A stretch of DNA of 64,000 bases, from NCBI GenBank assembly GCA_934162655.1, contig CAKPJL010000001.1, positions 15,417 through 79,416 on the forward strand. Reading direction: 5' to 3'. Of this stretch, positions 27,566 to 37,465 are shown piece after piece (the stretch's first letter is position 1; every line of letters starts with the position of its first letter). The position numbers and the translations under genes are program-made. This stretch comes from an uncultured Clostridia bacterium (GTDB lineage: Bacteria > Bacillota > Clostridia > TANB77 > CAG-465). The notes beneath the pieces were generated by a model. It was not told the DNA's origin. It did not search any database and saw only the letters and a program-made list of their open reading frames with translations.

Positions 27566-28138
27566 ATGATAGAAATCAGATGGCACGGCAGGGGCGGTCA
27601 AGGTGCTAAAACAGCTTCACTTTTACTAGCCGATGCTGCATTTAATACGGGAAAATACATACAAGGTTTTCCAGAATATGGACCTGAAAGAATGGGTGCA
27701 CCAATTACTGCATACAATCGTATATCTGATGATCCAATTAGAATACATTCTAATATATACGAACCAGACTATGTTGTAGTCGTTGATGACACCTTAATTG
27801 GTAATGTTGACATCACATCTGGAATAAAAAAAGATGGTGCTATTTTAGTAAATACTAAAAAGAATATAGATGAAATAAGAGAAAGTCTAAATGGTTTTGA
27901 TGGAAAAATTTATACCCTTAATGCTACAAAAATATCACAAGAATGCTTAGGAGCTAATTTTCCAAACACAGCTATGCTCTCTGCAATAGTTAAAATAACA
28001 AACATAATGACAAAAGAAGAGTTATTAAAAGATATGGAAGTTTCTTTTAAACATAAATTTGCAAGAAAGCCAGAAGTAATTGCTCCAAATATGGAAGCAA
28101 TAACAAGAGCTTATGATGAAGTAGTTGGAGGAGAGTAA
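27566..28138 (+). CDS. porG: 2-oxoacid (pyruvate-type):ferredoxin oxidoreductase gamma subunit
   Basis: IRWHGRGGQGAKTAS...GFPEYGPERMGAP. First gene of a G-D-A-B operon. Substrate not determinable from sequence. Confidence 0.8.
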   Translation: MIEIRWHGRGGQGAKTASLLLADAAFNTGKYIQGFPEYGPERMGAPITAYNRISDDPIRIHSNIYEPDYVVVVDDTLIGNVDITSGIKKDGAILVNTKKNIDEIRESLNGFDGKIYTLNATKISQECLGANFPNTAMLSAIVKITNIMTKEELLKDMEVSFKHKFARKPEVIAPNMEAITRAYDEVVGGE

Positions 28139-28139
28139 T

Positions 28140-28418
28140 ATGGATAAAATAATTGGAAGAGGTGCTACAATCTTAAAAGCTGGCAACTCGGTAAACTTTA
28201 AGACTGGAGATTGGAAAACAAAATTTCCAGTTCATGACAAAGAAAAATGCAAAAATTGTATGATGTGTGTTCCATACTGCCCAGATGATTGTATCAAACA
28301 AAAAGATGGCATATTAACAGAAATTGACCTTGACTATTGTAAAGGTTGTGGAGTATGTGCAAAAGTATGTCCATTTAAGGCAATAGACATGAAATTAAAG
28401 GATAATGGAGGTGTGTAA
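28140..28418 (+). CDS. porD: 2-oxoacid:ferredoxin oxidoreductase delta subunit (2x[4Fe-4S])
   Basis: CKNCMMCVPYCP and CKGCGVCAKVCP clusters. ATG 28140 after GGAGGAG, 1 nt after the porG stop. Confidence 0.8.
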   Translation: MDKIIGRGATILKAGNSVNFKTGDWKTKFPVHDKEKCKNCMMCVPYCPDDCIKQKDGILTEIDLDYCKGCGVCAKVCPFKAIDMKLKDNGGV

Positions 28419-28421
28419 TTT

Positions 28422-29597
28422 ATGGCAATTCGTGAAAGACTTAGCGGTAATGAAGCGGTATCTACTGCTATGAAACAAATTAATCCAGATACTGTTGCTG
28501 CATATCCTATAACACCTTCCACTGAAGTTCCACAATATTTTTCAAACTTTGTGGCAAATGGTAGTGTATCAACAGAATTTATCGCAGTTGAAAGTGAACA
28601 CTCTGCAATGTCTGCTTGTATTGGTGCTTCTGCTGCCGGTGGAAGAGTAATGAGTGCAACTTCCTCTCAAGGACTTGCATATATGTTTGAAATGCTAAAT
28701 ATAGCAGCTGGTATGAGACTTCCTATAACACTTATTTGTGCAAATAGAGCAATATCTGCCCCACTAAACATTCATAACGACCATTCAGACTCAATGGGTG
28801 TAAGAGATACAGGTTTTATTCAACTATATTGTGAAAACAACCAAGAAGCATACGACAACACTATAATGGCAGTAAAAATAGCTGAAAAATCTAAATTACC
28901 AGTAATGGTTTGTTATGATGGTTTTATTACTTCACATTCCGTTGAAAATATTATGCTTATGGAAAATGAAGAAGTAAAAAACTTTGTTGGAAAATACACG
29001 CCAGATGAATATTTATTAGATGAAAAAAGAAATATATCAATGGGACCTCTTGCTCTTCAAAAAGATTTCTATGAAAAAAGGTATGAACTTGCAAAGGCAA
29101 TGATGGATTCCAAAACTATAATAAAGGAAGTGTCAGAAGAATTTTATAATATAACTGGCAGAAAATATGATTTATTTGAAACCTATATGTTAGATGACGC
29201 AGAGATTGGAATAGTTGTTTTAAATTCTACTGCTGGCACTGCTAAAGATGCTATTGATGATTTAAGAAAAAAAGGTATAAAAGCTGGTCTTCTAAAACCA
29301 AGAGTGTTTAGACCGCTTCCATGGAATGAGATAGCACTTAGGCTTAAAGGCTTAAAGGCACTTGCAATAATGGATAAAGCAGATAGTATAAATAGTTATT
29401 CTGGCCCTCTATTTTGTGAGATTACTTCATCTATGTATTCAAGTAAAGTATATGTTCCTTGTGTAAACTACATTTACGGCCTAGGTGGAGTTGATGTTAA
29501 AAAGGAAGATATTTTAAAAATATTTGATAAACTACAAAACATAGCAAAAACTTATAGAAGTGATAAAACAACCTACTATTTAGGTTTAGATGGTTAA
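28422..29597 (+). CDS. porA: 2-oxoacid:ferredoxin oxidoreductase alpha subunit
   Basis: GNEAVSTAM...AAYPITPSTE...ESEHSAMSACIGASAAGGR. Confidence 0.85.
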   Translation: MAIRERLSGNEAVSTAMKQINPDTVAAYPITPSTEVPQYFSNFVANGSVSTEFIAVESEHSAMSACIGASAAGGRVMSATSSQGLAYMFEMLNIAAGMRLPITLICANRAISAPLNIHNDHSDSMGVRDTGFIQLYCENNQEAYDNTIMAVKIAEKSKLPVMVCYDGFITSHSVENIMLMENEEVKNFVGKYTPDEYLLDEKRNISMGPLALQKDFYEKRYELAKAMMDSKTIIKEVSEEFYNITGRKYDLFETYMLDDAEIGIVVLNSTAGTAKDAIDDLRKKGIKAGLLKPRVFRPLPWNEIALRLKGLKALAIMDKADSINSYSGPLFCEITSSMYSSKVYVPCVNYIYGLGGVDVKKEDILKIFDKLQNIAKTYRSDKTTYYLGLDG

Positions 29598-29609
29598 GGG
29601 GGGACAAAA

Positions 29610-30554
29610 ATGGCATATAATTTAAAAGAAATGGTAAATAAAAAATCTAGACTTACATCAGGACATAGAATGTGTGCTGGTTGTGGTGCCCCAGTAGTTG
29701 TAAGAAATATTTTAAGGGCACTAAAAGATGAAGACAGAGCAGTAGTATCTTGTGCTACTGGATGTCTAGAGGTATCTACTTGTATATATCCATATACATC
29801 TTGGAGTGATGTATCTTTTTTACATACTGCATTTGAATGTGCTTCTGCTTGTGCTTCTGGTGCTTGTAAAACATATGAAAAGCTAAAAAGAGATGGAAAG
29901 TTAAAAAAAGATACTAAGTTTTTAGCATTTGGTGGTGATGGTGGTACATACGATATCGGTCTTCAATCGCTTTCAGGTGCTATGGAAAGAAGAACTAATA
30001 TGGCATACTTTTGCTATGATAATGGAGCTTATATGAATACTGGAACTCAACGTTCATCTTCTACTCCACATTTTAGTGATACTACTACTTCACCTGCTGG
30101 TAAAACTATACCAGGCAAAATGGAGCCAAGAAAAGATTTAACTAAAATTATGATAGCACATCATATTCCCTATGTTGCACAAACTGCACTTTTTGGAAAT
30201 ATGAAAGATCTATATGAAAAAGCAGAAAAAGCAATATATACAGATGGACCTACATTTGTAAATGCTCTATCTCCTTGCCCAAGAGGCTGGGGATATAACA
30301 CAGAGGATTTACAGTTAATATCAAAACTTGCGGTAGATACATGCTTTTGGCCACTATATGAAGTAATAGATGGTAAATATAAAATAAACTATAAACCAGC
30401 AAAAAAACTTCCTGTTGAAGAATTTTTAAAACTACAAAAAAGATTTAGACATATGTTTAAAGAAGGAAATGAATGGATGATAAAATCTTTTCAAGAAGAA
30501 GTAGATAAAAATTGGGAATATTTACTCATGATGGAAGAAGTGACAAATAAGTAA
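29610..30554 (+). CDS. porB: 2-oxoacid:ferredoxin oxidoreductase beta subunit (TPP-binding)
   Basis: GHRMCAGCG, GGDGGTYDIGLQSLSGA and YDNGAYMNTGTQRS TPP motif. Confidence 0.85.
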   Translation: MAYNLKEMVNKKSRLTSGHRMCAGCGAPVVVRNILRALKDEDRAVVSCATGCLEVSTCIYPYTSWSDVSFLHTAFECASACASGACKTYEKLKRDGKLKKDTKFLAFGGDGGTYDIGLQSLSGAMERRTNMAYFCYDNGAYMNTGTQRSSSTPHFSDTTTSPAGKTIPGKMEPRKDLTKIMIAHHIPYVAQTALFGNMKDLYEKAEKAIYTDGPTFVNALSPCPRGWGYNTEDLQLISKLAVDTCFWPLYEVIDGKYKINYKPAKKLPVEEFLKLQKRFRHMFKEGNEWMIKSFQEEVDKNWEYLLMMEEVTNK

Positions 30555-30608
30555 TAAATTAAATTATTAAAATGTGCTTAATTGATTTTTAACTGATATC
30601 AAAAATTT

Positions 30609-30639
30609 ATCACTAGGCAAACTGCCTAGTGATTTTTTT
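30609..30639. terminator. Bidirectional hairpin terminator
   Basis: atcactaggc/gcctagtgat stem flanked by A5 and T7, between convergent genes. Confidence 0.75.
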
Positions 30640-31054
30640 AAATTAACATATTAAGTATTATACTTATTAATAAAAATACGCAAGATACTAGATAGGATAT
30701 GCCAATATACTTACTTGAATCCTTTTTTACTAAATTAAGTATTGCTGTTACAGTTAAAATTACTAATATTACTATTTGTAAATATATAGTTATATATGTA
30801 AGCAATGTTTTGATATTTGTTTCATGCTTTGAAATATCTGCTATGGTACTTATTATCATGCTTCTATCACTATCTTGTATGCTATCAGTATTTATTAAAT
30901 AATCAATCTTTCCTTCTATTTTTGTAAGATCTTTGCTTCCAAGTTCATAAATAGACAATTCGTTATTTATATAACTTAGCATTTTATAAGGTACCATACT
31001 AGTTGTAACTACCAAAAATACTGCTACTGCAAAACCTCTTATTATATTTTTCAA
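30638..31054 (-). CDS. Small membrane protein, tandem paralogue B (138 aa)
   Basis: N-terminal TM and two C-terminal TM helices. C-terminus LNLVKKDSSKYIGISYLVSCVFLLISIILNMLI parallels the upstream gene. Confidence 0.5.
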   Translation of the reverse strand: MKNIIRGFAVAVFLVVTTSMVPYKMLSYINNELSIYELGSKDLTKIEGKIDYLINTDSIQDSDRSMIISTIADISKHETNIKTLLTYITIYLQIVILVILTVTAILNLVKKDSSKYIGISYLVSCVFLLISIILNMLI

Positions 31055-31069
31055 AACATTTCCTCCTTC

Positions 31070-31504
31070 CTATTTTAAATATAAAATTACTTTTATAATT
31101 ATTGTAATAAGTAGCGTAACACTTGGAATTAAAAATGTAACTCCAATATATTTGTTCCCTTTTTTTAGTATAAGGTTAAATAATGCAACAAGTGACATAC
31201 AAAGGAGTACAAAACATTCAAAATATGTTACCATGCATAATGAGTATTCTTTTGTACTTTTTACCATATTATATCCTTGTACAAACATTTTGCCTATAAT
31301 CTTTTTATCTTCGCTACTAATATCATCTTTATTCATTAAATAAGACATTTTTCCAGAGTATGTAATTGTACTACTACCTGTATTACTGTTTAATGTTATT
31401 AAATTCATTTCATATTGAAATTTATTTATAAACAAAAGAGGTATTATTGTAGTAAGTAAAGTAAGTATTATAACACCTAATATAACAAATATTGTTTTTT
31501 TCAT
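31070..31504 (-). CDS. Small membrane protein, tandem paralogue A (144 aa)
   Basis: Start moved to ATG 31504 (MKKTIFVILG) after GGAGGAG. C-terminus FNLILKKGNKYIGVTFLIPSVTLLITIIIKVILYLK. Confidence 0.5.
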   Translation of the reverse strand: MKKTIFVILGVIILTLLTTIIPLLFINKFQYEMNLITLNSNTGSSTITYSGKMSYLMNKDDISSEDKKIIGKMFVQGYNMVKSTKEYSLCMVTYFECFVLLCMSLVALFNLILKKGNKYIGVTFLIPSVTLLITIIIKVILYLK

Positions 31505-31512
31505 TTCTCCTC

Positions 31513-32427
31513 CTAAATCATACATATAATTTTTTTTAGTCCAACTTCAAAATCCATTTCACCTAACTTGGTTTTTTCATCATAGTTATCAAATTCTCTT
31601 ATAACATTTTCTAACTCAGCAATACTGTACATATCAGAGACTTTAGATAGTTTTTGAAATACATATGGATGTATTGATAGTTCTTGAGCAATATTTTGTA
31701 CCTTTTTTTGTTTCAAAATTTTTATCATATAAATTTGTTTTATTTGCTTATAAACCATTATATAGATTTTTACTATTGCCTCTTTTTGTAAAAGCAATTC
31801 ATCTAGTAACTCTATTCCCTCTACCTTCTTTTTTTGCATAACCTTATCAAGCATATCAAATATTTTTGCATTTAAAGTTTTAGCACACACCTTATCTACA
31901 ATCTCTTGTGTGACCACATCACTAGTTCCATCTAAATAAGATACTATCTTTTTTAGTTCATTTATTATATTAGTTTTATCAAGCAAACAAACTTCTGTCA
32001 TATAACTTGCAGTATCTTGTGATATTTTAATATTATACTTTTTTAAAATTTGTATTATATAACTAGTCATTTGTGACTGATCCATATTTTTAAATTCAAC
32101 TACTTCTGCTTTTTTTAATAAATTTTTATATGATGAAAGCCTTTTATCAATTGTATCTTCTATTATTATATATGTATTTCCATTTAATGAATAATTAGAT
32201 ATATTATCTACATCAAATTTTAATTTAGTGTTTTTTATTATTATTAACTTTTCATCGCCAAAGAAAGATACTCCCTGAGATACTTTATCAAGCTCTTGTA
32301 AATTATCATCTGTTATATAAAAAAGGTTAATCCCGATTTCTAAATTATTAAATTCTTTTTTTATTTTTTCTACTCTTTGTTCTAAATCGTATTTTTCTTC
32401 ACCATAAAATAAGTATATTTTACCCAT
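31513..32427 (-). CDS. holA: DNA polymerase III delta subunit
   Basis: MGKIYLFYGEEKYDLEQ start typical of HolA, with matching length and helical C-terminal half. Start moved to ATG 32427 after GGGGGA. Confidence 0.7.
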   Translation of the reverse strand: MGKIYLFYGEEKYDLEQRVEKIKKEFNNLEIGINLFYITDDNLQELDKVSQGVSFFGDEKLIIIKNTKLKFDVDNISNYSLNGNTYIIIEDTIDKRLSSYKNLLKKAEVVEFKNMDQSQMTSYIIQILKKYNIKISQDTASYMTEVCLLDKTNIINELKKIVSYLDGTSDVVTQEIVDKVCAKTLNAKIFDMLDKVMQKKKVEGIELLDELLLQKEAIVKIYIMVYKQIKQIYMIKILKQKKVQNIAQELSIHPYVFQKLSKVSDMYSIAELENVIREFDNYDEKTKLGEMDFEVGLKKIICMI

Positions 32428-32447
32428 TTTTCCCCCTAGAAACATTT

Positions 32448-33764
32448 TTATTTTATATTATACTCTTTAATAAATTTATCTATTGAATTAAGTGCTATAT
32501 CCGCCTGTTTTTCATATCTTAATTTTTTATCCTTTATTTTTTCATCAAGTGGTTTTAATATTCCAAAATTAGCATTCATTGGCTGAAAATTCTTATTTTC
32601 AGTGGAAATATATTTTGCAAGACTCCCCATAATTGTTGTATCTAGAAATTTCGTATCAGTATTTAGATTTAACTTATTTAATATAGAAATTGCTACCATA
32701 AGTCCTGATGCTGCTGATTCAACATATCCTTCAACACCAGAGATTTGACCTGCAAAATAAACATTTTCATCATTTTTTAATCTAAAATTATCATTTAAAT
32801 ATTTACCACCATTTATATATGTATTTCTGTGCATAACACCATATCTAATAAACTCTGCATTTTTAAGTCCTGGTATCATTTGAAATACTCTTTTTTGTTC
32901 ACCAAAAGTTAGTGCTGTTTGAAATCCAACCATATTATACATTGTTTTATTATTATTTTCAGCTCTAAGTTGCACTACCGCATAGTTTTTTTGACCAGTT
33001 CTTGGATTATCAAGTCCTACTGGTTTTAGTGGACCAAATACAAGAGTCTTTTCCCCTCTTTTTGCCATCTCCTCTATTGGCATACATCCTTCAAAAAGAA
33101 CTAACTTATCAAATTCATGTCTTGGTGCCTGTTTTGCATTTACAAGCTCTGTAAAAAAATTTAAATATTCTTCTTTATTCATTGGAAGATTTATATAATC
33201 ACCTTTAGTGTAATCAGATGAGTATCTATCAAGCTCATATGCTATATTCATATCAATTGTTGTAGCATCTATTATTGGAGCCTCAGCATCATAAAAGTAA
33301 AGAGAATCATCACCTAAAAAATCGGAAATAGACTTCATTAATTTATCATCTGTTAGTGGTCCTGTTGCAATTACTTTTATTCCTGAAATACTACTAATAT
33401 CTTCCACTACTTGTGATATAACATTTATATTTTTATTATTTTTTATTTTATTGGTTATATAGCTTGAAAATTTTTCTCTATCAACTGCTAGTGCTTGTCC
33501 TGCCGGCACACGCGACGCATACGCTGCCTCAACAAATAAAGATTTAAATTTTGCCATTTCTAATTTTAAAAGTCCACATGCATTTGTTTTTTCTTCTGAT
33601 TTTAAAGAATTACTACAAACCAGTTCTGCAAAACTATTACTCATCTGAGCTGGTGTCTTTTTTATATTTTTCATTTCATAAAGATTTATATTTATTCCAT
33701 TTCTAGCTAGGAAATATGCACATTCACATCCAGCAAGCCCCGCTCCTATTATATTTATTTCCAT
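32448..33764 (-). CDS. trmFO: Methylenetetrahydrofolate-tRNA-(uracil54-C5)-methyltransferase TrmFO
   Basis: IIGAGLAGCECAYFLA, ELVCSNSLKS, VPAGQALAVDR and FAGQISGVEGYVESAASGL blocks. Confidence 0.9.
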   Translation of the reverse strand: MEINIIGAGLAGCECAYFLARNGININLYEMKNIKKTPAQMSNSFAELVCSNSLKSEEKTNACGLLKLEMAKFKSLFVEAAYASRVPAGQALAVDREKFSSYITNKIKNNKNINVISQVVEDISSISGIKVIATGPLTDDKLMKSISDFLGDDSLYFYDAEAPIIDATTIDMNIAYELDRYSSDYTKGDYINLPMNKEEYLNFFTELVNAKQAPRHEFDKLVLFEGCMPIEEMAKRGEKTLVFGPLKPVGLDNPRTGQKNYAVVQLRAENNNKTMYNMVGFQTALTFGEQKRVFQMIPGLKNAEFIRYGVMHRNTYINGGKYLNDNFRLKNDENVYFAGQISGVEGYVESAASGLMVAISILNKLNLNTDTKFLDTTIMGSLAKYISTENKNFQPMNANFGILKPLDEKIKDKKLRYEKQADIALNSIDKFIKEYNIK

Positions 33765-33790
33765 ATTAATTTTTCTCCTCTAACATAGAT

Positions 33791-33819
33791 ATTATATTAT
33801 AATTTTTGTATTTTTTCAA
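33791..33819 (-). promoter_or_regulatory. Sigma-A type promoter of trmFO
   Basis: Minus strand reads TTGAAA (33819-33814), 17 nt, TATAAT (33796-33791). Confidence 0.5.
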
Positions 33820-33835
33820 TAAAGACCTAAAATAA

Positions 33836-33870
33836 ACATAAAACAAAGCCCTACAAAATATGTAGGGCTT
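33836..33870 (-). terminator. Rho-independent terminator about 185 nt downstream of folC
   Basis: aagccctaca/tgtagggctt 10-bp stem (33846-33870), followed on the minus strand by TTTGTTTTATGTTT. Confidence 0.75.
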
Positions 33871-34054
33871 CGTTAACACTTATTACCTTTTACCTTTTTT
33901 ATGTAGAACTCTGTATAGAACTCTCTGTGAGTGCACCGGCAAAATATTTACTACATGCCGATCGCCGCTGAAAAAATTAATATAACATACTCTTAAAAAT
34001 TACATTGGGGCCTCTTAACATTTTCATAACACATATTCTTTTTTCAAAAATGTT

Positions 34055-35329
34055 TTATTTTATTAACTTTTTTATCGTTCCATATGTATAAAAACTCCCT
34101 ATTATGAAATTTACTATATTTTTATTACTATCTAAAGCATACTTAATTGCCTCATTTAGTTCCATTTTATACAGTCTTTTATGTGAAACATATTTTTTCA
34201 TACATGTATACAACACTTCACTTCCTACAAAACTCTTTTTATCATTTCCAGATGTTAATATAAAAGTTGATTTACTATCTTTTGATATTAACTTTAACAT
34301 TTTTGCATAGTCTTTACTTTTTAATATTGATATTATGTATAATCTTTTTTTATCTTTATAATACATTTCTATATTTTCTTGTAATTTTTTTATTGCAGGC
34401 TCATTGTGTGCTCCGTCAAAAATTATTAATGGTTTTTTACTTACCTCTTCCATTCTTCCCTTATGAATTATCGTTTTTATTCCTTTTCTAATACTTTTAA
34501 TACTAAGCTTATATCCTAATTTTTTTAATATAAATATTACCTCTAAACATAGACATACATTTGCAATTTGTACTCTTCCTTTCAAGTTAGTGCATAAATT
34601 TTTTAAATTTTTATAGTCAAAATACTGATATTTATTAGTGTATTTGTAATTTTTAATATCTTCTAAATTAACAATATATAACTTATTATTTTTCCTTTTG
34701 CATTCATTAATAAATATATTATTAATTGATTCGTCTGTGCTATTTATTATACAGTAAGAATTCTTTTTTATAATGCCAGCTTTTTGGTATGCTATTTTTT
34801 CTAATGTATCACCTAATATGCTCATATGATCATACCCTATTGAAGTTATTATAGATGCAATTACATTAGTCACAATATTAGTACAATCATATAATCCTCC
34901 AAGCCCCACTTCCAAAACAACAAAGTCAACATCATTTCTATAAAAATATAAAAGTGCCATAATGGTGATTAATTCAAAAAAAGTAACCTTCTTTTCTTCT
35001 TTTTTATTATATTCTTCTATCAATGGCTGTAATTCTATTATGAGATTTTCAATTTGCAAATCTGTAATTTCCTTATTATCTATACTTATTCTTTCATTAT
35101 ATCTAATTAAATGTGGAGATAAAAATTTTCCAACCTTATATCCTTGATTAATCAAAATATTTGATATAATTTCAGTACAACTACCTTTTCCATTTGTTCC
35201 GGCAATATGTATAAATTTCATATTTTTTTCAAAGTTGTTATACTTTTTTAAGAAAAACCTCATCGCTTTTAGACTATTATCTTTTGTTCCTCTGTTAAAA
35301 TTATCGAAATATTTTTCTATATCTATCAC
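34055..35329 (-). CDS. folC: Folylpolyglutamate synthase / dihydrofolate synthase
   Basis: IHIAGTNGKGSCTEIISNIL P-loop, LSPHLIRYNERI, and VLEVGLGGLYDCTN of the Mur-ligase family. Confidence 0.88.
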   Translation of the reverse strand: MIDIEKYFDNFNRGTKDNSLKAMRFFLKKYNNFEKNMKFIHIAGTNGKGSCTEIISNILINQGYKVGKFLSPHLIRYNERISIDNKEITDLQIENLIIELQPLIEEYNKKEEKKVTFFELITIMALLYFYRNDVDFVVLEVGLGGLYDCTNIVTNVIASIITSIGYDHMSILGDTLEKIAYQKAGIIKKNSYCIINSTDESINNIFINECKRKNNKLYIVNLEDIKNYKYTNKYQYFDYKNLKNLCTNLKGRVQIANVCLCLEVIFILKKLGYKLSIKSIRKGIKTIIHKGRMEEVSKKPLIIFDGAHNEPAIKKLQENIEMYYKDKKRLYIISILKSKDYAKMLKLISKDSKSTFILTSGNDKKSFVGSEVLYTCMKKYVSHKRLYKMELNEAIKYALDSNKNIVNFIIGSFYTYGTIKKLIK

Positions 35330-35454
35330 TTATATTACCTCTTTTTGAACATTATAACATACCTAAATATTTATATCAAATATATGTTTTTTATTACATT
35401 GTTATAGCAATAAAATTTGGTCTATAAACTGTAAAAAAGTAGAGCTTTTAGGCT

Positions 35455-37407
35455 CTACTTTTTTGGTTTTGTCCATGATATATAATCACATTTTGAATCG
35501 GGAGTATTTTTATTATTTGAACAAACATAAAATGTCCTTTTGGATTTTGTCTTTTTTACAAGTATTTTTCCTCCACATTTAGGACATGGTATGTCTATTT
35601 CTTCTACTATTGGCTTGGCATTCTTGCATTCTGGATAACCAGGACACGCTAAAAATTTACCAAATCTTCCTTGTTTTACTACCATGTTTCTTCCACATAA
35701 TTCACATTTTATATCGCTTACTTCTTCTTTTAATTTTACTTTTTCTATCTTATCTTGTACTTCCTCTAGATTTTTGATAAATGGTGAATAAAAATCTTTT
35801 AACATTTTTATATAATCTATTTTATTTTCTGCAACTAAATCAAGATTTTCCTCCATATTCGCTGTAAATGATATATTTACTATATCACAAAAGTTTTTCT
35901 CCATTAATCCATTTACTATTTCTCCAAGTTCTGTTGGTACAAGTGATTTTCCTTCTTTTTCTATATACATTCTATCAAGAATTGTAGAAATAGTTGGAGC
36001 ATAAGTTGATGGTCTACCAATTCCTTTTTCTTCTAATGTTTTTACAAGACTTGCTTCATTATATCTTGGTGGTGGTTCTGTAAATTTTTGAGTAGGAATA
36101 AGTTTTTTTGGTTTTAACGACTCATAAATCTCTAGATCTGGCAGTATGTTTTGCTTATCTTCATCTCTCTCATCATCTGCTGATTCTATGTATAATGCCA
36201 TAAATCCATCAAATTTAATAGTGCTTCCATTTGCTAAAAATATATAATCGTCCACAGTTATAGTGACTTTTGTAGTATCATATATTGCACTAGTCATTTG
36301 GCTTGCAAGAAATCTATTTAAAATTAATGTATATAGTTTTTGTTCATCTTTGTTACAAGTATCATATACCTCTTCTATTTTATCAAGATGAGACGGTCTT
36401 ATTGCTTCATGGGCATCTTGTGCATCCTTTTTGGTTTTAAAGTATCTATTTTCGTAATATTTTTCTCCATATTTATTTTCAATATAATCTTTTGCCATTC
36501 TTCTTGCATCATCAGAAATTCTAACAGAATCTGTTCTCATATATGTAATATATCCAGATTCGTATAATCTTTGTGCTACCATCATTGTTTTCTTTACTGA
36601 AAATCCAAATTTTCTTGATGCATCTTGTTGAAGTGATGATGTAGTAAAAGGAGGGGCAGGATTTCTTTTCTTTTGAGCTTTTTTAATATCAGTAATCTTA
36701 TAGTCCTTTTTGTCAATGCTTTTTAATATTTCATTTACTCTTACCTCATCTTTTAGTTCAATTTTACCGTTTTTATCGCCATAAAATTTAGCAAGAATTT
36801 CTTCTTTTCCCTTTAGCAGCAACGCTTCTATTGTCCAGTATTCTTCTTTTACAAAATTTCTTATTTCACGTTCTCTATCCATTATAATTTTTAGAGCGAC
36901 GGATTGTACTCTACCAGCACTAAGTCCTTTTTTTACTTTTTTCCATAGAAGTGGTGATATCTTATATCCAACAATTCTATCTAATATTCTTCTAGCCTGT
37001 TGTGCATTAACTAAAGCATTATCTATTTTTCTTGGGCTTTTTATTGCATTTTTTACTGCATCTTTTGTAATTTCATTAAATTCTATTCTACATTTTTCAT
37101 CTTCATCTATTTTTAGCGTATTTTTTAAATGCCAAGCTATTGCCTCACCTTCTCTATCAGGGTCGGTTGCAAGATATATTTTATCTGCCTTTTTAGCTTT
37201 TTGCTTTATTTCTTTTATTATCTTAGCCTTGCCACGCATTGCAATATATTCTGGTTTAAAATCATGTTCTACATCTACTGCAAATTTACTTGCAGGTAAA
37301 TCTATTATATGACCTTGTGAAGCTATCACATCATAATCTTTTCCCAAATATTTCTTTATTGTAGTAGCCTTGGAAGGCGACTCTACTATTACTAATTTCT
37401 TTGACAC
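35455..37407 (-). CDS. topA: DNA topoisomerase I
   Basis: LVIVESPSKATTIKKYLG Toprim, YITYMRTDS active-site Tyr block, and C-terminal CxxC zinc ribbons. GTG 37407 has AGAGGG 7 nt upstream, whereas the ORF-track ATG 37431 has no SD. Confidence 0.93.
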   Translation of the reverse strand: MSKKLVIVESPSKATTIKKYLGKDYDVIASQGHIIDLPASKFAVDVEHDFKPEYIAMRGKAKIIKEIKQKAKKADKIYLATDPDREGEAIAWHLKNTLKIDEDEKCRIEFNEITKDAVKNAIKSPRKIDNALVNAQQARRILDRIVGYKISPLLWKKVKKGLSAGRVQSVALKIIMDREREIRNFVKEEYWTIEALLLKGKEEILAKFYGDKNGKIELKDEVRVNEILKSIDKKDYKITDIKKAQKKRNPAPPFTTSSLQQDASRKFGFSVKKTMMVAQRLYESGYITYMRTDSVRISDDARRMAKDYIENKYGEKYYENRYFKTKKDAQDAHEAIRPSHLDKIEEVYDTCNKDEQKLYTLILNRFLASQMTSAIYDTTKVTITVDDYIFLANGSTIKFDGFMALYIESADDERDEDKQNILPDLEIYESLKPKKLIPTQKFTEPPPRYNEASLVKTLEEKGIGRPSTYAPTISTILDRMYIEKEGKSLVPTELGEIVNGLMEKNFCDIVNISFTANMEENLDLVAENKIDYIKMLKDFYSPFIKNLEEVQDKIEKVKLKEEVSDIKCELCGRNMVVKQGRFGKFLACPGYPECKNAKPIVEEIDIPCPKCGGKILVKKTKSKRTFYVCSNNKNTPDSKCDYISWTKPKK

Positions 37408-37465
37408 TATTATACCCTCTTTATTAAACATTAATTTTCATTATATATCAAAGATATAATTCATG

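Noticed and set aside
33890-33935. Possible preQ1-I riboswitch (AGAGAGUUCUA...AUAAAAAAGGUAAAAGG on the minus strand)
   Set aside because: The A-rich tail and AGAG-UUCUA resemble the Bacillus queC aptamer. However, the required P1 hairpin (AGAGG...CCUCU) cannot form. The similarity comes from a tandem direct repeat, not a stem, and the downstream gene (trmFO) has its own promoter after a terminator.
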